60,720 nt of DNA from Alphaproteobacteria bacterium (GCA_013286285.1 JABDGA010000003.1:1-60720), one strand, 5' to 3'; counted from the stretch's first letter, positions 18,689 to 29,632 are shown. Numbers and translations are program-made. Notes: generated from the sequence alone by a model not told the origin.

Positions 18689-19318
18689 ATGCACCATAAA
18701 TATCTCATCCTCTATCTCGTTTTCTCCGTCTTTCTGTTATCGGTCGCCATGCTGCCCCGTCAGACGCTTGCGGCCAGTGGGGACGATGCACGTCAGTTTG
18801 TCGATAAACTGGGCAAGCAGGTGCTCGCCACGCTCAATAATAATGGCGAAAGTAAGGAAGAAAAGCGCCAACAGCTACAGAAGATGTTTATGGACAATAT
18901 GGATATAGGCTGGATGGGACGCTTCGCTTTAGGCCCTGACTGGCGTCAGGCGACGGAAGATCAAAAGAAACGTTATCTGGATGCCTACAGGCAATATCTA
19001 CTGGCGCGTTACACCACCAATTTTACCGATTATACCGGCAGCAACTATACCATTACCGGTGTGCAGGCGGGCCAGGATGGGCAGTTTACGGTGAACATGC
19101 AGATTAAGACGCCTAAGCAGTCACAGGTAACCGAAGCCGGTTATACCGTGCAAATGGGGAAAGACGGGCAATTCAAAATTACGGACATCATTGTGGAAGG
19201 GGTCAGCATGATTACCACGCAGCGTTCTGATTTTTCTTCCGTATTCCAACAGAAAGGCATGGACGGGTTAGTGACTGAAATCCAGAATAAAATGCGCGCC
19301 GAAAAAAACAGTTCATAA
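18689..19318 (+). CDS. MlaC/Ttg2D-family periplasmic phospholipid-binding protein
   Basis: It has a signal peptide. FMDNMDIGWMGRFALGPDWRQATEDQKKRYLDAYRQYLLARY is the family-typical core. Confidence 0.65.
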   Translation: MHHKYLILYLVFSVFLLSVAMLPRQTLAASGDDARQFVDKLGKQVLATLNNNGESKEEKRQQLQKMFMDNMDIGWMGRFALGPDWRQATEDQKKRYLDAYRQYLLARYTTNFTDYTGSNYTITGVQAGQDGQFTVNMQIKTPKQSQVTEAGYTVQMGKDGQFKITDIIVEGVSMITTQRSDFSSVFQQKGMDGLVTEIQNKMRAEKNSS

Positions 19319-19328
19319 TGTATATGCC

Positions 19329-19739
19329 ATGCGGAAGACTTTCTCAGCTGCGCATGCAATTGCAAATGCCCGGGCTTACTCAAGGCATCTGGAAAAATTT
19401 AGCCACACCTGCGCAGGGTGGATAGGTACGTCCGGGGCATTCTTAATTGCTATTATCCTGATAGTCCTTTGGCTTATCTCCGGTGTGTTTTTTGCCTATT
19501 CCAATTCCTGGCAAACGTCTTTTACCTCGTTTACCAGTGTCATCACCTTTCTCATGCTCTTTCTGATGCAGCGTTCAGACAACAAAAAATACCTTGCGAT
19601 ACAGGTAAAGCTGAATGAATTGATCGCCAGCAAAAGAGGCGCAAGCAACAGCCTCATCAATATCGAAGAAGCCAGTGAGCAGGATATTAAGAATATTTAT
19701 AATACGCACCGCGAACTGATACAGAGGAGTATGGAATAA
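19329..19739 (+). CDS. Low-affinity iron permease family membrane protein
   Basis: 136 aa. GTSGAFLIAIILIVLWLISG...SWQTSFTSFTSVITFLMLFLMQRSDNKKYLAIQVKLNELI fits the Iron_permease family pattern. Confidence 0.7.
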   Translation: MRKTFSAAHAIANARAYSRHLEKFSHTCAGWIGTSGAFLIAIILIVLWLISGVFFAYSNSWQTSFTSFTSVITFLMLFLMQRSDNKKYLAIQVKLNELIASKRGASNSLINIEEASEQDIKNIYNTHRELIQRSME

Positions 19740-19745
19740 CAGCGT

Positions 19746-21416
19746 CTAATGGGTACGCTTATCCTTGTCACGCAACCTTCCCAGCTCTTCGCCCACGCGC
19801 TTCAGGCTTGGGCTACATCCGTCACGCGGCAGAATCACCTCAATCAGGTACATCTTGTCTGACGCGATGGCTTCCCGGATGGCCGCTTCCATCTCACCGT
19901 TATTCGTCACTTTTCTGCTGACCCCGGCCCCCAGGAGTTCCGTCATCTTGGTATAGTTCCAGCGCAGGATTTCGTTAAACGGCCCATCGAGGATAAAACG
20001 CTGCGTGCCGTAACCGTCGTTATTCAGCACGAAGACGATCGGGTTCATGCCGAATTTGGCCGCCGTGGAAAGCTCGATGCCGGTCATCTGGAATGCACCG
20101 TCACCGACAATCGTAATCACCCGATCTTCCGGACGCGCCGCGCTTGCGCCGATGGCCGCCGGCACCGCAAATCCCATGGAAAGGTAATACGCATCCGCAA
20201 GAAAATGCGTCGCCTTCTTCGTGCGCAGTTTCATCGCCCCGAAAAGGGAATCGCCGGTGTCGCAGGTAATCAGGCTGTTTTCCCCGGCATGCAGGCCCAG
20301 AATCCGGAAGAAGGATTCCATGGAAATCTCCGCCTGCTTTTCACTCTCGCCAAGCGGTTTCGGCTCCGGCGCAGGCAGCGGCAACTCACCAAGCGTGCGC
20401 GGCCGAACCGGCATCTCGTACAAACGTTCGAGGAACTCCCTGAGCACCACCTGCTCATAGGTGCGCGCGCCAATCTGCATTTTCTCCGTCGTGGCAAGCA
20501 TGGTGCGCTTGCGGCTCAGCTTCTCGCTCGTATTCATGAAGGCGAACCAGACATCGGTAATGAGCGCGCCGAGCATGATCAGGCAGTCCGAATCTTCCAC
20601 ATATTTCTGCACAGCGGCATCCGACAGCGGCCCCGAATAGACGCCGATAAACAGCGGGTGCGTTTCGCTGATGATGGACTTGGACATCAAGGTGGAGGCA
20701 ACCGGGATATTGAATTTGGCGGCCACCGCCAGCGCCTGCTCCACCAGCCCATGGCGATGCAGTTCAATATCGGCGATAATGACCGGCTGCTTTGCATGGT
20801 TGATAGCGGCCACCGCATCTTCAAGCATCGCATGCAGATTATCCGGATCGCTCACCGGCGCAGGAGGGTTGACCGCCGGAGGAATATGCGCGATAGGCAT
20901 ATCCACCACGTCGAACGGCACCTCGATATAGCCGGGGCGGGAATGCTCGAGCACCGCATCCACCACGCGCATGATTTCCGCCGCCGCTAGTGCCGGATCG
21001 AGCAGCACAGCCGTAGCACAGGTGACTTCCTCATAAATGCGGCGCTGGGTGTCAAACGTGCGCACCTTGTGATGCATCAGCACGTCCTTCTTGCGATCCA
21101 CCGGCGAAGGGCCGCCGGAAATCACCAGCAACGGCGATTTTTCTGCATAGGCGCAGGCCACCGAATTGAGCATATTCAACCCGCCGACACAGTACGTGAC
21201 GCAGGCCACCCCTAATCCGCTCACACGCGCATAGCCATCGGCGGCGAACCCCACGCTCGGCTCATGCGTCATGGTGATGATTTTAAGCGGCGACTGTTGC
21301 AGCCAGCGGAACGTCGGCAGGGCGAAATCACCCGGAATCCCGAACACATGCGTGACGCCCTTCTTATGCAGGTAATCAAATAAAAACGATCCGACGGTGG
21401 GAAATGCTGCGCTCAT
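19746..21416 (-). CDS. TPP-dependent alpha-keto acid decarboxylase (indolepyruvate/branched-chain keto-acid decarboxylase family)
   Basis: 556 aa. The N-terminus VGSFLFDYLHKKGVTHVFGIPGDFALPTF is typical of the pyruvate/indolepyruvate decarboxylase family. The TPP-binding GDGAFQMT...NNDGY motif is present. Its start overlaps the stop of the HMG-CoA lyase gene. Confidence 0.85.
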   Translation of the reverse strand: MSAAFPTVGSFLFDYLHKKGVTHVFGIPGDFALPTFRWLQQSPLKIITMTHEPSVGFAADGYARVSGLGVACVTYCVGGLNMLNSVACAYAEKSPLLVISGGPSPVDRKKDVLMHHKVRTFDTQRRIYEEVTCATAVLLDPALAAAEIMRVVDAVLEHSRPGYIEVPFDVVDMPIAHIPPAVNPPAPVSDPDNLHAMLEDAVAAINHAKQPVIIADIELHRHGLVEQALAVAAKFNIPVASTLMSKSIISETHPLFIGVYSGPLSDAAVQKYVEDSDCLIMLGALITDVWFAFMNTSEKLSRKRTMLATTEKMQIGARTYEQVVLREFLERLYEMPVRPRTLGELPLPAPEPKPLGESEKQAEISMESFFRILGLHAGENSLITCDTGDSLFGAMKLRTKKATHFLADAYYLSMGFAVPAAIGASAARPEDRVITIVGDGAFQMTGIELSTAAKFGMNPIVFVLNNDGYGTQRFILDGPFNEILRWNYTKMTELLGAGVSRKVTNNGEMEAAIREAIASDKMYLIEVILPRDGCSPSLKRVGEELGRLRDKDKRTH

Positions 21417-22306
21417 ACCTTATCCTTTTTGCCTAATGCCTTATGAATATATGCTGACGCGCTTTCAAGCAATGCGATATCCTGTACAGCACAACGCACG
21501 CTTCTTGCCTCACACCAGCGGATTAAATCCTCCATTGCCAGATTACCCTTAGGGCTATTGGCATAAGGGCAACCACCGAGTCCGCCGGTAGCCGCATCGA
21601 ACGTCCGGATGCCCAAATCATACGCGCGTTCGACATTGGCGATAGCGCTGCCGAACGTATCATGAAAATGCATCGCAAGCTGCGCGAGCGGAAATGCAAC
21701 ATCCACATGCGCCCCCACCAGAGCATCCACCCGTTCCGGCGTGCCGACGCCGGTCGTATCGCCCAACGACACTTCAAAGCATCCCATGTCGTGCAGTTGT
21801 TTCGAGCGCGATGCCACTTTCTGTGGAGAAAACGGTAAATCGGTATAGCCAAAAACATTCGATATATAACCGCGCACACGCATGCCGCAGGACAATGCCT
21901 CTTTCACCACCGGCTCTATAGCAATAAATGCCTCATCCACACCCGCATGGATATTCGCCTGCGAAAAGCTTTCCGATACGGCAAGAAAGATGGCAACTTC
22001 TTTTGCATTGACTTCTCTGGCACGCACGAGCCCCTTTAGATTCGGCACCAGATAGGAAAACACTGCGTCCGGAAACTCCCGCGCAACGGCTTGAAGCAAT
22101 GCGGCCACTTCCGCAGAATTGGCCATGCTAGGCACTGCCTGCGGCTTCACAAAGCTTCCCGCCTCAATGCGCCTAAGTCCTGCCAGAGCAAGCAGGCGGA
22201 TGAATTCCACTTTAGTTTCTGCAGAAAGGCCTGCCGCACCGGGCTCATTCTGCAACCCGTCCCGGGCGCCTACCTCCACCACTTCAATATCGTACGTGCT
22301 ATGCAT
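21413..22306 (-). CDS. liuE: Hydroxymethylglutaryl-CoA lyase
   Basis: 297 aa. EVGARDGLQNE, HFHDTFG and GGLGGCPYA are HMGL-family signatures. Confidence 0.9.
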   Translation of the reverse strand: MHSTYDIEVVEVGARDGLQNEPGAAGLSAETKVEFIRLLALAGLRRIEAGSFVKPQAVPSMANSAEVAALLQAVAREFPDAVFSYLVPNLKGLVRAREVNAKEVAIFLAVSESFSQANIHAGVDEAFIAIEPVVKEALSCGMRVRGYISNVFGYTDLPFSPQKVASRSKQLHDMGCFEVSLGDTTGVGTPERVDALVGAHVDVAFPLAQLAMHFHDTFGSAIANVERAYDLGIRTFDAATGGLGGCPYANSPKGNLAMEDLIRWCEARSVRCAVQDIALLESASAYIHKALGKKDKV

Positions 22307-22814
22307 GTCTCTCTTGCCGCTTGAGCCTTATCAGTTCCGCTCCCTCGCTTACCATCTCGCCTTCACGCGCCAGTACCGCTTCCACCACCGCATCATCCCC
22401 TGCGGCAAGCGTCATCTGCAGTTTCATGGCTTCCATCACCACTATCGCCTGCCCCTGCGCCACTGTGTCCCCCACTTTGACCAGCACCTGACGCACCAGA
22501 CCCGGCATAGGCGCTTTGGGACTCAGCTCCGCCTGCCTTGAGACCGCCGTATTATTCGCAACCTGTTCGGTTATCCTCGCCTGCGCACTGCCAATCTGCA
22601 CCCGATTTTCCTTACCCGACTGCCATACGGACACCGCCCTGCGCTGCCAGACTCCTTCCGCCACTTCACGCTCCAACATCATCCTGCCATCCGGCAAGCG
22701 GTAGCCGGAGAAATGGTAGAATTTTCCCTGAAAAGAAAAAGAGATCTCCTGCCCCTTGCGCGTTACGCCTTCAAGGGCCGCCAGACTACCGTTTATGTAT
22801 AAGGTTGTGTTCAT
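22299..22814 (-). CDS. liuD: Methylcrotonyl-CoA carboxylase alpha subunit, C-terminal piece (BT + biotinyl carrier domain)
   Basis: Starting from ATG 22814 (MNTTLYINGS...), the piece ends in a biotinyl domain, APMPGLVRQVLVKVGDTVAQGQAIVVMEAMKLQMTL (EAMK biotinylation motif). The listed ORF start at 23039 adds non-homologous sequence. Alternative ATGs are at 22841 and 22844. I see no strong SD. Confidence 0.8.
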   Translation of the reverse strand: MNTTLYINGSLAALEGVTRKGQEISFSFQGKFYHFSGYRLPDGRMMLEREVAEGVWQRRAVSVWQSGKENRVQIGSAQARITEQVANNTAVSRQAELSPKAPMPGLVRQVLVKVGDTVAQGQAIVVMEAMKLQMTLAAGDDAVVEAVLAREGEMVSEGAELIRLKRQERHA

Positions 22815-23017
22815 TGTCGCCAGTAAATGTGTGCTCGTCATCATCTGAATTTGCACCAGCAAACTATAGATAATTTTGCAATGCAAAATTCGGGGAATAA
22901 CGAGCGTATAAGTAACTATATAGGAAATCCGGGCAAGGATGCAACAGACATGAAAATTCCCTACGCCGCGAAGCTTATGCCACAAGGCGACGCAGGGAGA
23001 AATCCCGACAGGTTCAT

Positions 23018-23530
23018 TTAAGAATGCCTGCGCATCCAAGAAACAAACTTTCGGAAGGCACGGTCCAAGCTAGGAATGCTATGGGCCAGAACCAATAAAA
23101 AAAGAGCGATCAACAGTCTCTCATCCACACTCACACCACCTATGTGGATATGAACATGGAAGATCAAAAGAAGTACTAGCCCTACCTTAATAGCGATGAG
23201 CAAACATAAAAACGAAGCCCTAAGTATTTTGAACACACTCATCATTATAGCAGGAAAAGAGGCTGTTAACTTACGCCCCAGTCTCAGCTTGCGACGTAGG
23301 CAGTGTAGCAGCTGCACCACACCCGCTATCCCCCCTACCGCAACTCCATATTGCCAGCCTATAACTAAGGAAATTAGGAAACACGCTACGATGAGCATAA
23401 CGTATCTCATTATTTCGCTCAGTATAGAAATGTCACAGGGACGTTGATGATGCTTCTGCTCCTCATGTATCTGCTCTTGAGGCTTTTGCATCGCGCTCGT
23501 CACTCCTTTCGCACAAGTTTTGAACCTCAT
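23018..23530 (-). CDS. Hypothetical small membrane protein inside the insertion that splits liuD
   Basis: 170 aa with about 4 hydrophobic helices and visibly AT-richer codons than its neighbours. I recognise no family. It has the same orientation as the operon. Confidence 0.45.
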   Translation of the reverse strand: MRFKTCAKGVTSAMQKPQEQIHEEQKHHQRPCDISILSEIMRYVMLIVACFLISLVIGWQYGVAVGGIAGVVQLLHCLRRKLRLGRKLTASFPAIMMSVFKILRASFLCLLIAIKVGLVLLLIFHVHIHIGGVSVDERLLIALFLLVLAHSIPSLDRAFRKFVSWMRRHS

Positions 23531-23780
23531 GCGTAGTTATTTGATATATTATTAGTACTATCGAACAACATACGAGTCGGCACACCCGCGTTTGCGAGTG
23601 CGTTTTGTCCATACTTACGATCAATGTAGCAATAGAACCCCTGAGGATTCATGACGCACAGGATTATAAGTGTCTTAAGCGTTATTTTACCTTTCTGATT
23701 GCCTTAATCTTTAGAAAAATTGTGAATTTTTTGTGACAGTTTGTATACTTTTTTGAGAAGAAGGTAATAAAAATTTATTA

Positions 23781-25268
23781 TCAATTGGTTACAACCCTTG
23801 TCCACGCCGAATGCTCCGCTAATGACCCGGATGCAGCAGACGGTGCAGTATTGCCGCAGAGCAGATAGGCCGCCGCCAAAGCAGCAACTTCATCCTCGTT
23901 GTAGTTGTTTTCCAGCAGGGCCTGCCGGTGGCTGGCAATGAAACCGGTGGAGACTTTCCCGGCACGGAAATCTTCGCTTTCCAGCACACGCATCAGGAAA
24001 GCGCGGTTATGGATGGTGCCTTCCATCCATACTTGCGCCAGCGCATTTAAGAGGCGGCGGATAGTCTCCTCGCGGGTCTGCCCCCAGGCGGCAAGCTTGG
24101 CGATCATGGGGTCATAATTCGCGGATATCCTGCTGCCGCTGCTGTAGCCATTTTCGCAGCGCACATGCGGCAGATGCGGCAATGAGAATGCACTCAACAC
24201 TCCCGGCGCAGGCAGGAATTCACGATCCGGATCCTCGGCATAGAGCCGTACCTCCATCGCATGACCATGGCGTTTCACCTCTTTCTGGGTGAACGGCAGC
24301 GCTTTTCCCTCCGCCACTTGCAGCTGCAACTGCACCAGGTCAAGCCCCGTTACCATTTCGGTCACCGGGTGCTCCACCTGCAGGCGTGTGTTCATTTCAA
24401 GAAAATAGAATTCCCCGTTGGCATCCAGAATAAATTCCACCGTTCCCGCACCGACATAACCAATATGCGATGTGATGGCGATAGCGGCCCTGATCATGCT
24501 TTCACGCAATGCCTCCGGCAATTGCGGTGCCGGGCTTTCCTCCACCACTTTCTGGTAGCGGCGCTGTATCGAGCAATCGCGCTCGAAGAGATGCACGTGG
24601 TTGCCATGCGTATCGGAAAACACCTGCACTTCGATATGGCGCGGCTGAACCAGATATTTTTCCAATAATACGCGATCATCCCCAAACGCATTCTTTGCTT
24701 CCGCACGCGCCGCTTCAAGGGCAGCGGGCAGCGCATCCGCGCTTTCCACGATACGCATGCCCTTGCCGCCGCCGCCCGCCGCCGCCTTTACCAGCACGGG
24801 ATAGCCGATTCCGGCAGCGGCCTTTGCCAGCAGTTTCGTATCCTGCGCATCGCCGTCATAGCCGGGCACCACGGGCACGCCAATGGACTGGCACAGCCTG
24901 CGCGACTCTCCCTTATCCCCCATCAGGGCAATGATGTGCGCTGGCGGCCCGATAAACACAAGCCCGGCTTTGGTAACCGCTTCCGCAAACCGTGCGTTTT
25001 CAGAGAGGAATCCGTATCCCGGATGAATGGCATCCGCGCCACTGCTTTTTGCCGCCTCTATCAGTTTTTCGATATTCAGATAGGTTTCAGAAAGCGCATT
25101 GCCCATAAGCAATATGGACATATCGCCTGCGCTGGCATGGGGTAAATCCTTATCATCCTGCGCATATACAGTCACTGTTTCCACTCGCATCGCCCGGCAT
25201 GTCGCCACAATACGGCAGACGATTTCGCCGCGGTTGGCAATGAGCAGGCGTTTTATCTTTCCCACCAT
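23781..25268 (-). CDS. liuD: Methylcrotonyl-CoA carboxylase alpha subunit, N-terminal piece (biotin carboxylase/ATP-grasp)
   Basis: 495 aa. KRLLIANRGEIVCRI, GYPVLVKAAAGGGGKGMR, and EMNTRLQVEHPVTE are biotin carboxylase signatures. The piece terminates at ...EHSAWTRVVTN without any biotinyl domain. Confidence 0.9.
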   Translation of the reverse strand: MVGKIKRLLIANRGEIVCRIVATCRAMRVETVTVYAQDDKDLPHASAGDMSILLMGNALSETYLNIEKLIEAAKSSGADAIHPGYGFLSENARFAEAVTKAGLVFIGPPAHIIALMGDKGESRRLCQSIGVPVVPGYDGDAQDTKLLAKAAAGIGYPVLVKAAAGGGGKGMRIVESADALPAALEAARAEAKNAFGDDRVLLEKYLVQPRHIEVQVFSDTHGNHVHLFERDCSIQRRYQKVVEESPAPQLPEALRESMIRAAIAITSHIGYVGAGTVEFILDANGEFYFLEMNTRLQVEHPVTEMVTGLDLVQLQLQVAEGKALPFTQKEVKRHGHAMEVRLYAEDPDREFLPAPGVLSAFSLPHLPHVRCENGYSSGSRISANYDPMIAKLAAWGQTREETIRRLLNALAQVWMEGTIHNRAFLMRVLESEDFRAGKVSTGFIASHRQALLENNYNEDEVAALAAAYLLCGNTAPSAASGSLAEHSAWTRVVTN

Positions 25269-25271
25269 GGG

Positions 25272-26864
25272 CTACATCCTGAACACGCCGAAGCGTGTAT
25301 CGGCAATGGGGGCATTCAGACTTGCGGCGATGACAAGACCCAGCGTATCGCGGGTAGAGGCGGGATCGATAACGCCATCGTCCCAGAGCCGCGCCGTGCT
25401 GTAATAGGCGCTGCTTTCCGCTGCGTATTTCTCCAAAAGCGGCTTGCGGAGCGCTTCCTTTTCTTCTGGCGTCGGTTTCCTGCCTTCCTTTTCCATCGCG
25501 TCGTCGCGCACACGCGCCAGCACATCCGCCGCCTGCTCGCCGCCCATCACTGAAATACGCGCATTCGGCCACATGAAGAGAAAACGCGGGTCGTACGCAC
25601 GGCCGCACATGCCGTAATTACCTGCGCCGAACGAGCCGCCGATAATGATGGTGAATTTCGGCACCTGCGCATTACTCACCGCCATCACCATCTTGGCGCC
25701 GTGGCGGGCAATCCCCTCGGCCTCATATTTCTTCCCCACCATAAATCCGGTGATGTTCTGCAGGAACACCAGCGGAATTTTACGCATGCAGCACAGCTCG
25801 ATAAAATGCGTGGCCTTGATAGCCGATTCGGAAAAAAGAATCCCGTTATTGGCGACAATCCCCACCGGCGTTCCATGGATGGCCGCAAAGCCGCAGACGA
25901 TCGTAGTGCCGTAACGCCCTTTAAACTCCTGAAAACGCGAACCATCTACCAGCCGCGCAATAATCTCACGCACGTCAAATGGCATCCGCGTGGAATCCTT
26001 TGGCAGGATACCGTAAATATCTTCCACTGGATAAGCAGGATCTTCATAAGGTAAAGTGTTGCGCCTTGCCGCCGTCTGCCAGTTGAGGCTCGCCACAATA
26101 TCGCGCACCTTGGCAAGCGCTTCTTCCTCATTTTCCGCATAATGGTCGGCAACGCCCGACTGCGCCGTATGCACATCCGCACCGCCCAGCGCTTCAGCCG
26201 TAACATCCTCGCCGGTAGCCGCCTTTACCAGCGGCGGTCCTGCCAAAAAGATCGTACCGTTGCCTTTGACAATGACACTTTCATCACACATCGCCGGGAC
26301 ATACGCGCCACCCGCCGTGCACGACCCAAGCACCGCAGCAATCTGTGGAATACCTGCCGCGGACATGCGCGCCTGATTGAAGAAAATACGCCCGAAATGG
26401 TCGCGATCAGGAAACACCTCATCCTGCATGGGCAGAAACGCACCGCCGGAATCCACGAGATAAATGCAGGGCAGGTTATTCTGCATCGCGATTTCCTGCG
26501 CGCGCAGATGCTTCTTTACGGTGAGCGGAAAATACGTGCCGCCTTTGACGGTGGCGTCATTAGCAACGAACATGCATTCATGGCCATGCACGCGCCCGAT
26601 GCCGGTGACGATACCCGCCGAAGGCACTCCACCTTCCTTTTCATACATGCCGTGTGCCGCCAGGGCGGAAAGCTCGACGAATGGCGAGCCGGAATCCAGG
26701 ATACGCGCTATGCGCTCGCGTGGCAGCAGCTTACCCCGCGAATGGTGGCGTTCCACCGCTTTTGCCCCGCCGCCCTGCCGCACCTGCTCCATCTTTTCAG
26801 CCAACTCGTCGGCCAGCGCCTTATGATGCTGTATATTATCACTAAATTCCGTAGCCTGCGTCAC
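25272..26864 (-). CDS. liuB: Methylcrotonyl-CoA carboxylase beta subunit (carboxyltransferase)
   Basis: 530 aa of typical carboxyl transferase sequence ([24 protein letters not shown], ...[12 protein letters not shown]). Confidence 0.95.
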   Translation of the reverse strand: MTQATEFSDNIQHHKALADELAEKMEQVRQGGGAKAVERHHSRGKLLPRERIARILDSGSPFVELSALAAHGMYEKEGGVPSAGIVTGIGRVHGHECMFVANDATVKGGTYFPLTVKKHLRAQEIAMQNNLPCIYLVDSGGAFLPMQDEVFPDRDHFGRIFFNQARMSAAGIPQIAAVLGSCTAGGAYVPAMCDESVIVKGNGTIFLAGPPLVKAATGEDVTAEALGGADVHTAQSGVADHYAENEEEALAKVRDIVASLNWQTAARRNTLPYEDPAYPVEDIYGILPKDSTRMPFDVREIIARLVDGSRFQEFKGRYGTTIVCGFAAIHGTPVGIVANNGILFSESAIKATHFIELCCMRKIPLVFLQNITGFMVGKKYEAEGIARHGAKMVMAVSNAQVPKFTIIIGGSFGAGNYGMCGRAYDPRFLFMWPNARISVMGGEQAADVLARVRDDAMEKEGRKPTPEEKEALRKPLLEKYAAESSAYYSTARLWDDGVIDPASTRDTLGLVIAASLNAPIADTRFGVFRM

Positions 26865-26865
26865 T

Positions 26866-28416
26866 TTAAAAGAACCCTAATGCTTTCGGGCTATAGCTGG
26901 TGATGACGTTCTTAGTCTGCTGGAAATGCGCCAACATCATGCGATGGTTCTCACGGCCAATACCCGATTGTTTATACCCCCCGAACGCAGCATGCACCGG
27001 ATAGAGGTGATAGGCATTGATCCAGATGCGGCCGGCCTTAATTGCCCGCGAGGCGCGGTAGGAAATGTTGAGGTTGCGCGTCCATACCCCGGCGGTGAGG
27101 CCATACGTGGTATCGTTCGCAATACGGATGGCATCATCAAAATCCTTGAACTTGGTGACGGAAACCACCGGCCCGAAAATCTCCTCGCGGAAGATACGCA
27201 TGGCATTATTACCTTCAAAGATAGTGGGTTTCACGTAATAGCCGCCATCCAGTTCCCCGCCGGGTTTTACGCGCAGGCCGCCCGTGCGGAGCTTTGCGCC
27301 TTCATTCTTGCCGATATCGATATAGGAAAGCACCTTTTTAAACTGCTCTTCCGATGCCTGCGGCCCCATCATCGTGGAAAGATCGAACGGATTGCCGACG
27401 GTTATTTTCTCCACCCGCGCGACCGCATTTTCCATAAACCTGTCATAGATCTTCTCATGCACCAGGACACGGCTGGGAGAAGTGCAGACTTCACCTTTAT
27501 TCAAGGCAAACATCGCGAATCCCTCCAGCGCCTTATCGGCAAATTCATCATCGGCATCCAAAATGTCCGGGAAGAAGATATTGGGCGATTTGCCGCCCAG
27601 CTCCAATGTCACCGGCACGATATTCTGTGAAGCATACTGCATGATAAGCTTGCCGGTGGAAGTTTCGCCGGTAAAGGTGAGCTTGCCGACACGCGGGCTG
27701 GTGGCAAGCGCTTTGCCCGCTTCCGGCCCAAAACCGTGCACGACGTTGATAACCCCCGGAGGGACAATATCCGCAATCAGCTCCATCAGCAGCATGATGG
27801 AAAGCGGCGTCTGCTCGGCGGGCTTGATGACGATGGTATTGCCCGCCGCCAGCGCCGGCGCGGTTTTCCAGGCGGTGAGCGTCAGCGGAAAATTCCAGGG
27901 AATAATCGCGCCGACCACGCCTACCGGCTCATGGAAATGATAAGCGACCATGTCGTTATCGATCTGCGAAACCGAACTGTCTTCGGTGCGGCAGGCGGCG
28001 GCGAAATAACGGAAGTGATCGATGACCATCGGCAGATCGCCTGCCATCGCCTCACGCAACGGTTTTCCCATATCAATGGATTCGGCCAGTGCCAGCGTTT
28101 CCAGATTCTGCTCCACGCGATCGGCGATTTTATTCAAGATTGCGGAACGCTGCGCCGCAGAAGTGACAGACCAGCTTTCCGCCGCTTTGTGCGCCGCATC
28201 AAGCGCCATTTCCACATCGCGTTCATTCGACCGCGCCGCCTGAAAAAATACTGTTCCGGTCACCGGGCTGATGCTGTCGAAATACTCCCCGCCTAGCGGC
28301 TCGACCATGTGGTTATTAATCCAGTTGCCGTAGCGCTTCTTAAGCTTCAGCTTATCTTTTACCGCATCCAGAATGCTTGCATGTTCCATAGATTTCTGTT
28401 TCTGGGCTGTTGACAC
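26866..28416 (-). CDS. NAD(P)-dependent aldehyde dehydrogenase
   Basis: 516 aa. ELGGKSP and [14 protein letters not shown] (catalytic Cys) are present. The architecture is that of the roughly 506-aa AcoD/AldB-like class. Confidence 0.95.
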   Translation of the reverse strand: MSTAQKQKSMEHASILDAVKDKLKLKKRYGNWINNHMVEPLGGEYFDSISPVTGTVFFQAARSNERDVEMALDAAHKAAESWSVTSAAQRSAILNKIADRVEQNLETLALAESIDMGKPLREAMAGDLPMVIDHFRYFAAACRTEDSSVSQIDNDMVAYHFHEPVGVVGAIIPWNFPLTLTAWKTAPALAAGNTIVIKPAEQTPLSIMLLMELIADIVPPGVINVVHGFGPEAGKALATSPRVGKLTFTGETSTGKLIMQYASQNIVPVTLELGGKSPNIFFPDILDADDEFADKALEGFAMFALNKGEVCTSPSRVLVHEKIYDRFMENAVARVEKITVGNPFDLSTMMGPQASEEQFKKVLSYIDIGKNEGAKLRTGGLRVKPGGELDGGYYVKPTIFEGNNAMRIFREEIFGPVVSVTKFKDFDDAIRIANDTTYGLTAGVWTRNLNISYRASRAIKAGRIWINAYHLYPVHAAFGGYKQSGIGRENHRMMLAHFQQTKNVITSYSPKALGFF

Positions 28417-28483
28417 GGCTTCCTCCCTTGGAATTACGCTATGCTAATTCATAGACCCGGCACCTGTGTTTGGCAACTAAAAC

Positions 28484-29632
28484 CTAGTCATTACAGCCGA
28501 TATGGCGGGAGATGATCAGGCGCTGGATTTCCGAGGTCCCCTCGCCGATGCGCAGCAGGCGGTGATCGCGCCAGAAGCGCTCGACATCATACTCTTCCAT
28601 GAGGCCGTAGCCGCCGTGAATCTGCACTGCCATGTCAGTGACTTCACCGGCGATTTCCGAGCTGTATAGTTTGGCCATCGCGGCTTCCTTGGTGAAGGGC
28701 TGCTGTGCATCCGCAAGTGCACAGACGTTGTAGAGATAGGTACGCGCCAGCTCGATTTTCATGTGCATATCCGCCAGCGCAAACGCGATGGACTGGAAAT
28801 GGGCGATGGGATGATTGAACTGGCGGCGTTCCTTGGCATAAGCAAGCGCCTTCTCATAGGCTCCCTGCGCGCAGCCCACCCCCATCGCTGCGATGCCAAT
28901 CTTGCCGCGATCGAGCGTCGCCAGCATCTGCCTGGAGCCGTCCCCTTGCCTGCCTAACAGATTCTCGTCCGGCACAAACACATTATCGAAATACAGCTCT
29001 GACGTATCGGAAGCGCGCCACATCAGCTTGCCATGCATGGCCTTCGCGGAAAACCCTTTCGTGCCGCGCTCCACGATAAAACAGGAGAGCTCCGGCTTGC
29101 CTTCGCCTTTGCTGCCTGTCACCGCCTGCACCGTAACGCCTGTATTCATAGCGGAGGCGCCATTGGTGATAAATATCTTCGCGCCGTTGATAATCCAGCC
29201 GCCATCCGTCTTTTTCGCCACCGTTTTGCTGCCACGCGAATCCGATCCCGCCCCCGGTTCGGTAAGCCCGAACGCCCAGAGTTTTTCCCCGGTGCAGAGC
29301 TGCGGCAGATATTTTTTGCGCTGCGCGTCATTGCCGAAATAATAGAGCGGCCCGATCCCCAGCGAATTATGGGCAGTGATAGTCGCCGCCTGCGATCCGT
29401 CCACGCGTGCAATTTCCTCACAGGCGACGGCATAGGCAAGATAATCCATGCCATGCCCGCCATAGCTCTCAGGCACGATGATGCCAAACAACCCCAGCGT
29501 TCCCATCTTACGCGTGAGTTCCTCAGAGAATTGCTCTTTCCTATCCAAATCGCGGGCGATCGGTGCAATCTCGCCTTCGGCGAATTTACGTACCGATTCG
29601 CGGAGTATCTGATGGGTTTCTGAGAACATCAT
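28484..29632 (-). CDS. Acyl-CoA dehydrogenase (short/branched-chain type; candidate isovaleryl-CoA dehydrogenase by context)
   Basis: 382 aa. FGLTEPGAGSDS, IFITNG and QIHGGYGLMEEYDVERFWRD are ACAD motifs. Its start overlaps the stop of the upstream synthetase gene (ATGA). Confidence 0.9.
   Translation of the reverse strand: MMFSETHQILRESVRKFAEGEIAPIARDLDRKEQFSEELTRKMGTLGLFGIIVPESYGGHGMDYLAYAVACEEIARVDGSQAATITAHNSLGIGPLYYFGNDAQRKKYLPQLCTGEKLWAFGLTEPGAGSDSRGSKTVAKKTDGGWIINGAKIFITNGASAMNTGVTVQAVTGSKGEGKPELSCFIVERGTKGFSAKAMHGKLMWRASDTSELYFDNVFVPDENLLGRQGDGSRQMLATLDRGKIGIAAMGVGCAQGAYEKALAYAKERRQFNHPIAHFQSIAFALADMHMKIELARTYLYNVCALADAQQPFTKEAAMAKLYSSEIAGEVTDMAVQIHGGYGLMEEYDVERFWRDHRLLRIGEGTSEIQRLIISRHIGCND

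Noticed and set aside
20205-20990. 261-aa plus-strand ORF
   Set aside because: It is antisense to the TPP decarboxylase gene and has an Arg-rich shadow-frame composition.
22815-23039. N-terminal 75-codon extension of the biotinyl-domain ORF (listed start at 23039)
   Set aside because: The extension has no similarity to carboxylase alpha subunits and overlaps the end of ORF 23018..23530. Homology begins at MNTTLYINGS (22814).
26142-27630. Plus-strand ORFs 26142..26903 (253 aa) and 26926..27630 (234 aa)
   Set aside because: They are antisense to the MCC beta and aldehyde dehydrogenase genes, whose products are unambiguous. These are shadow ORFs.
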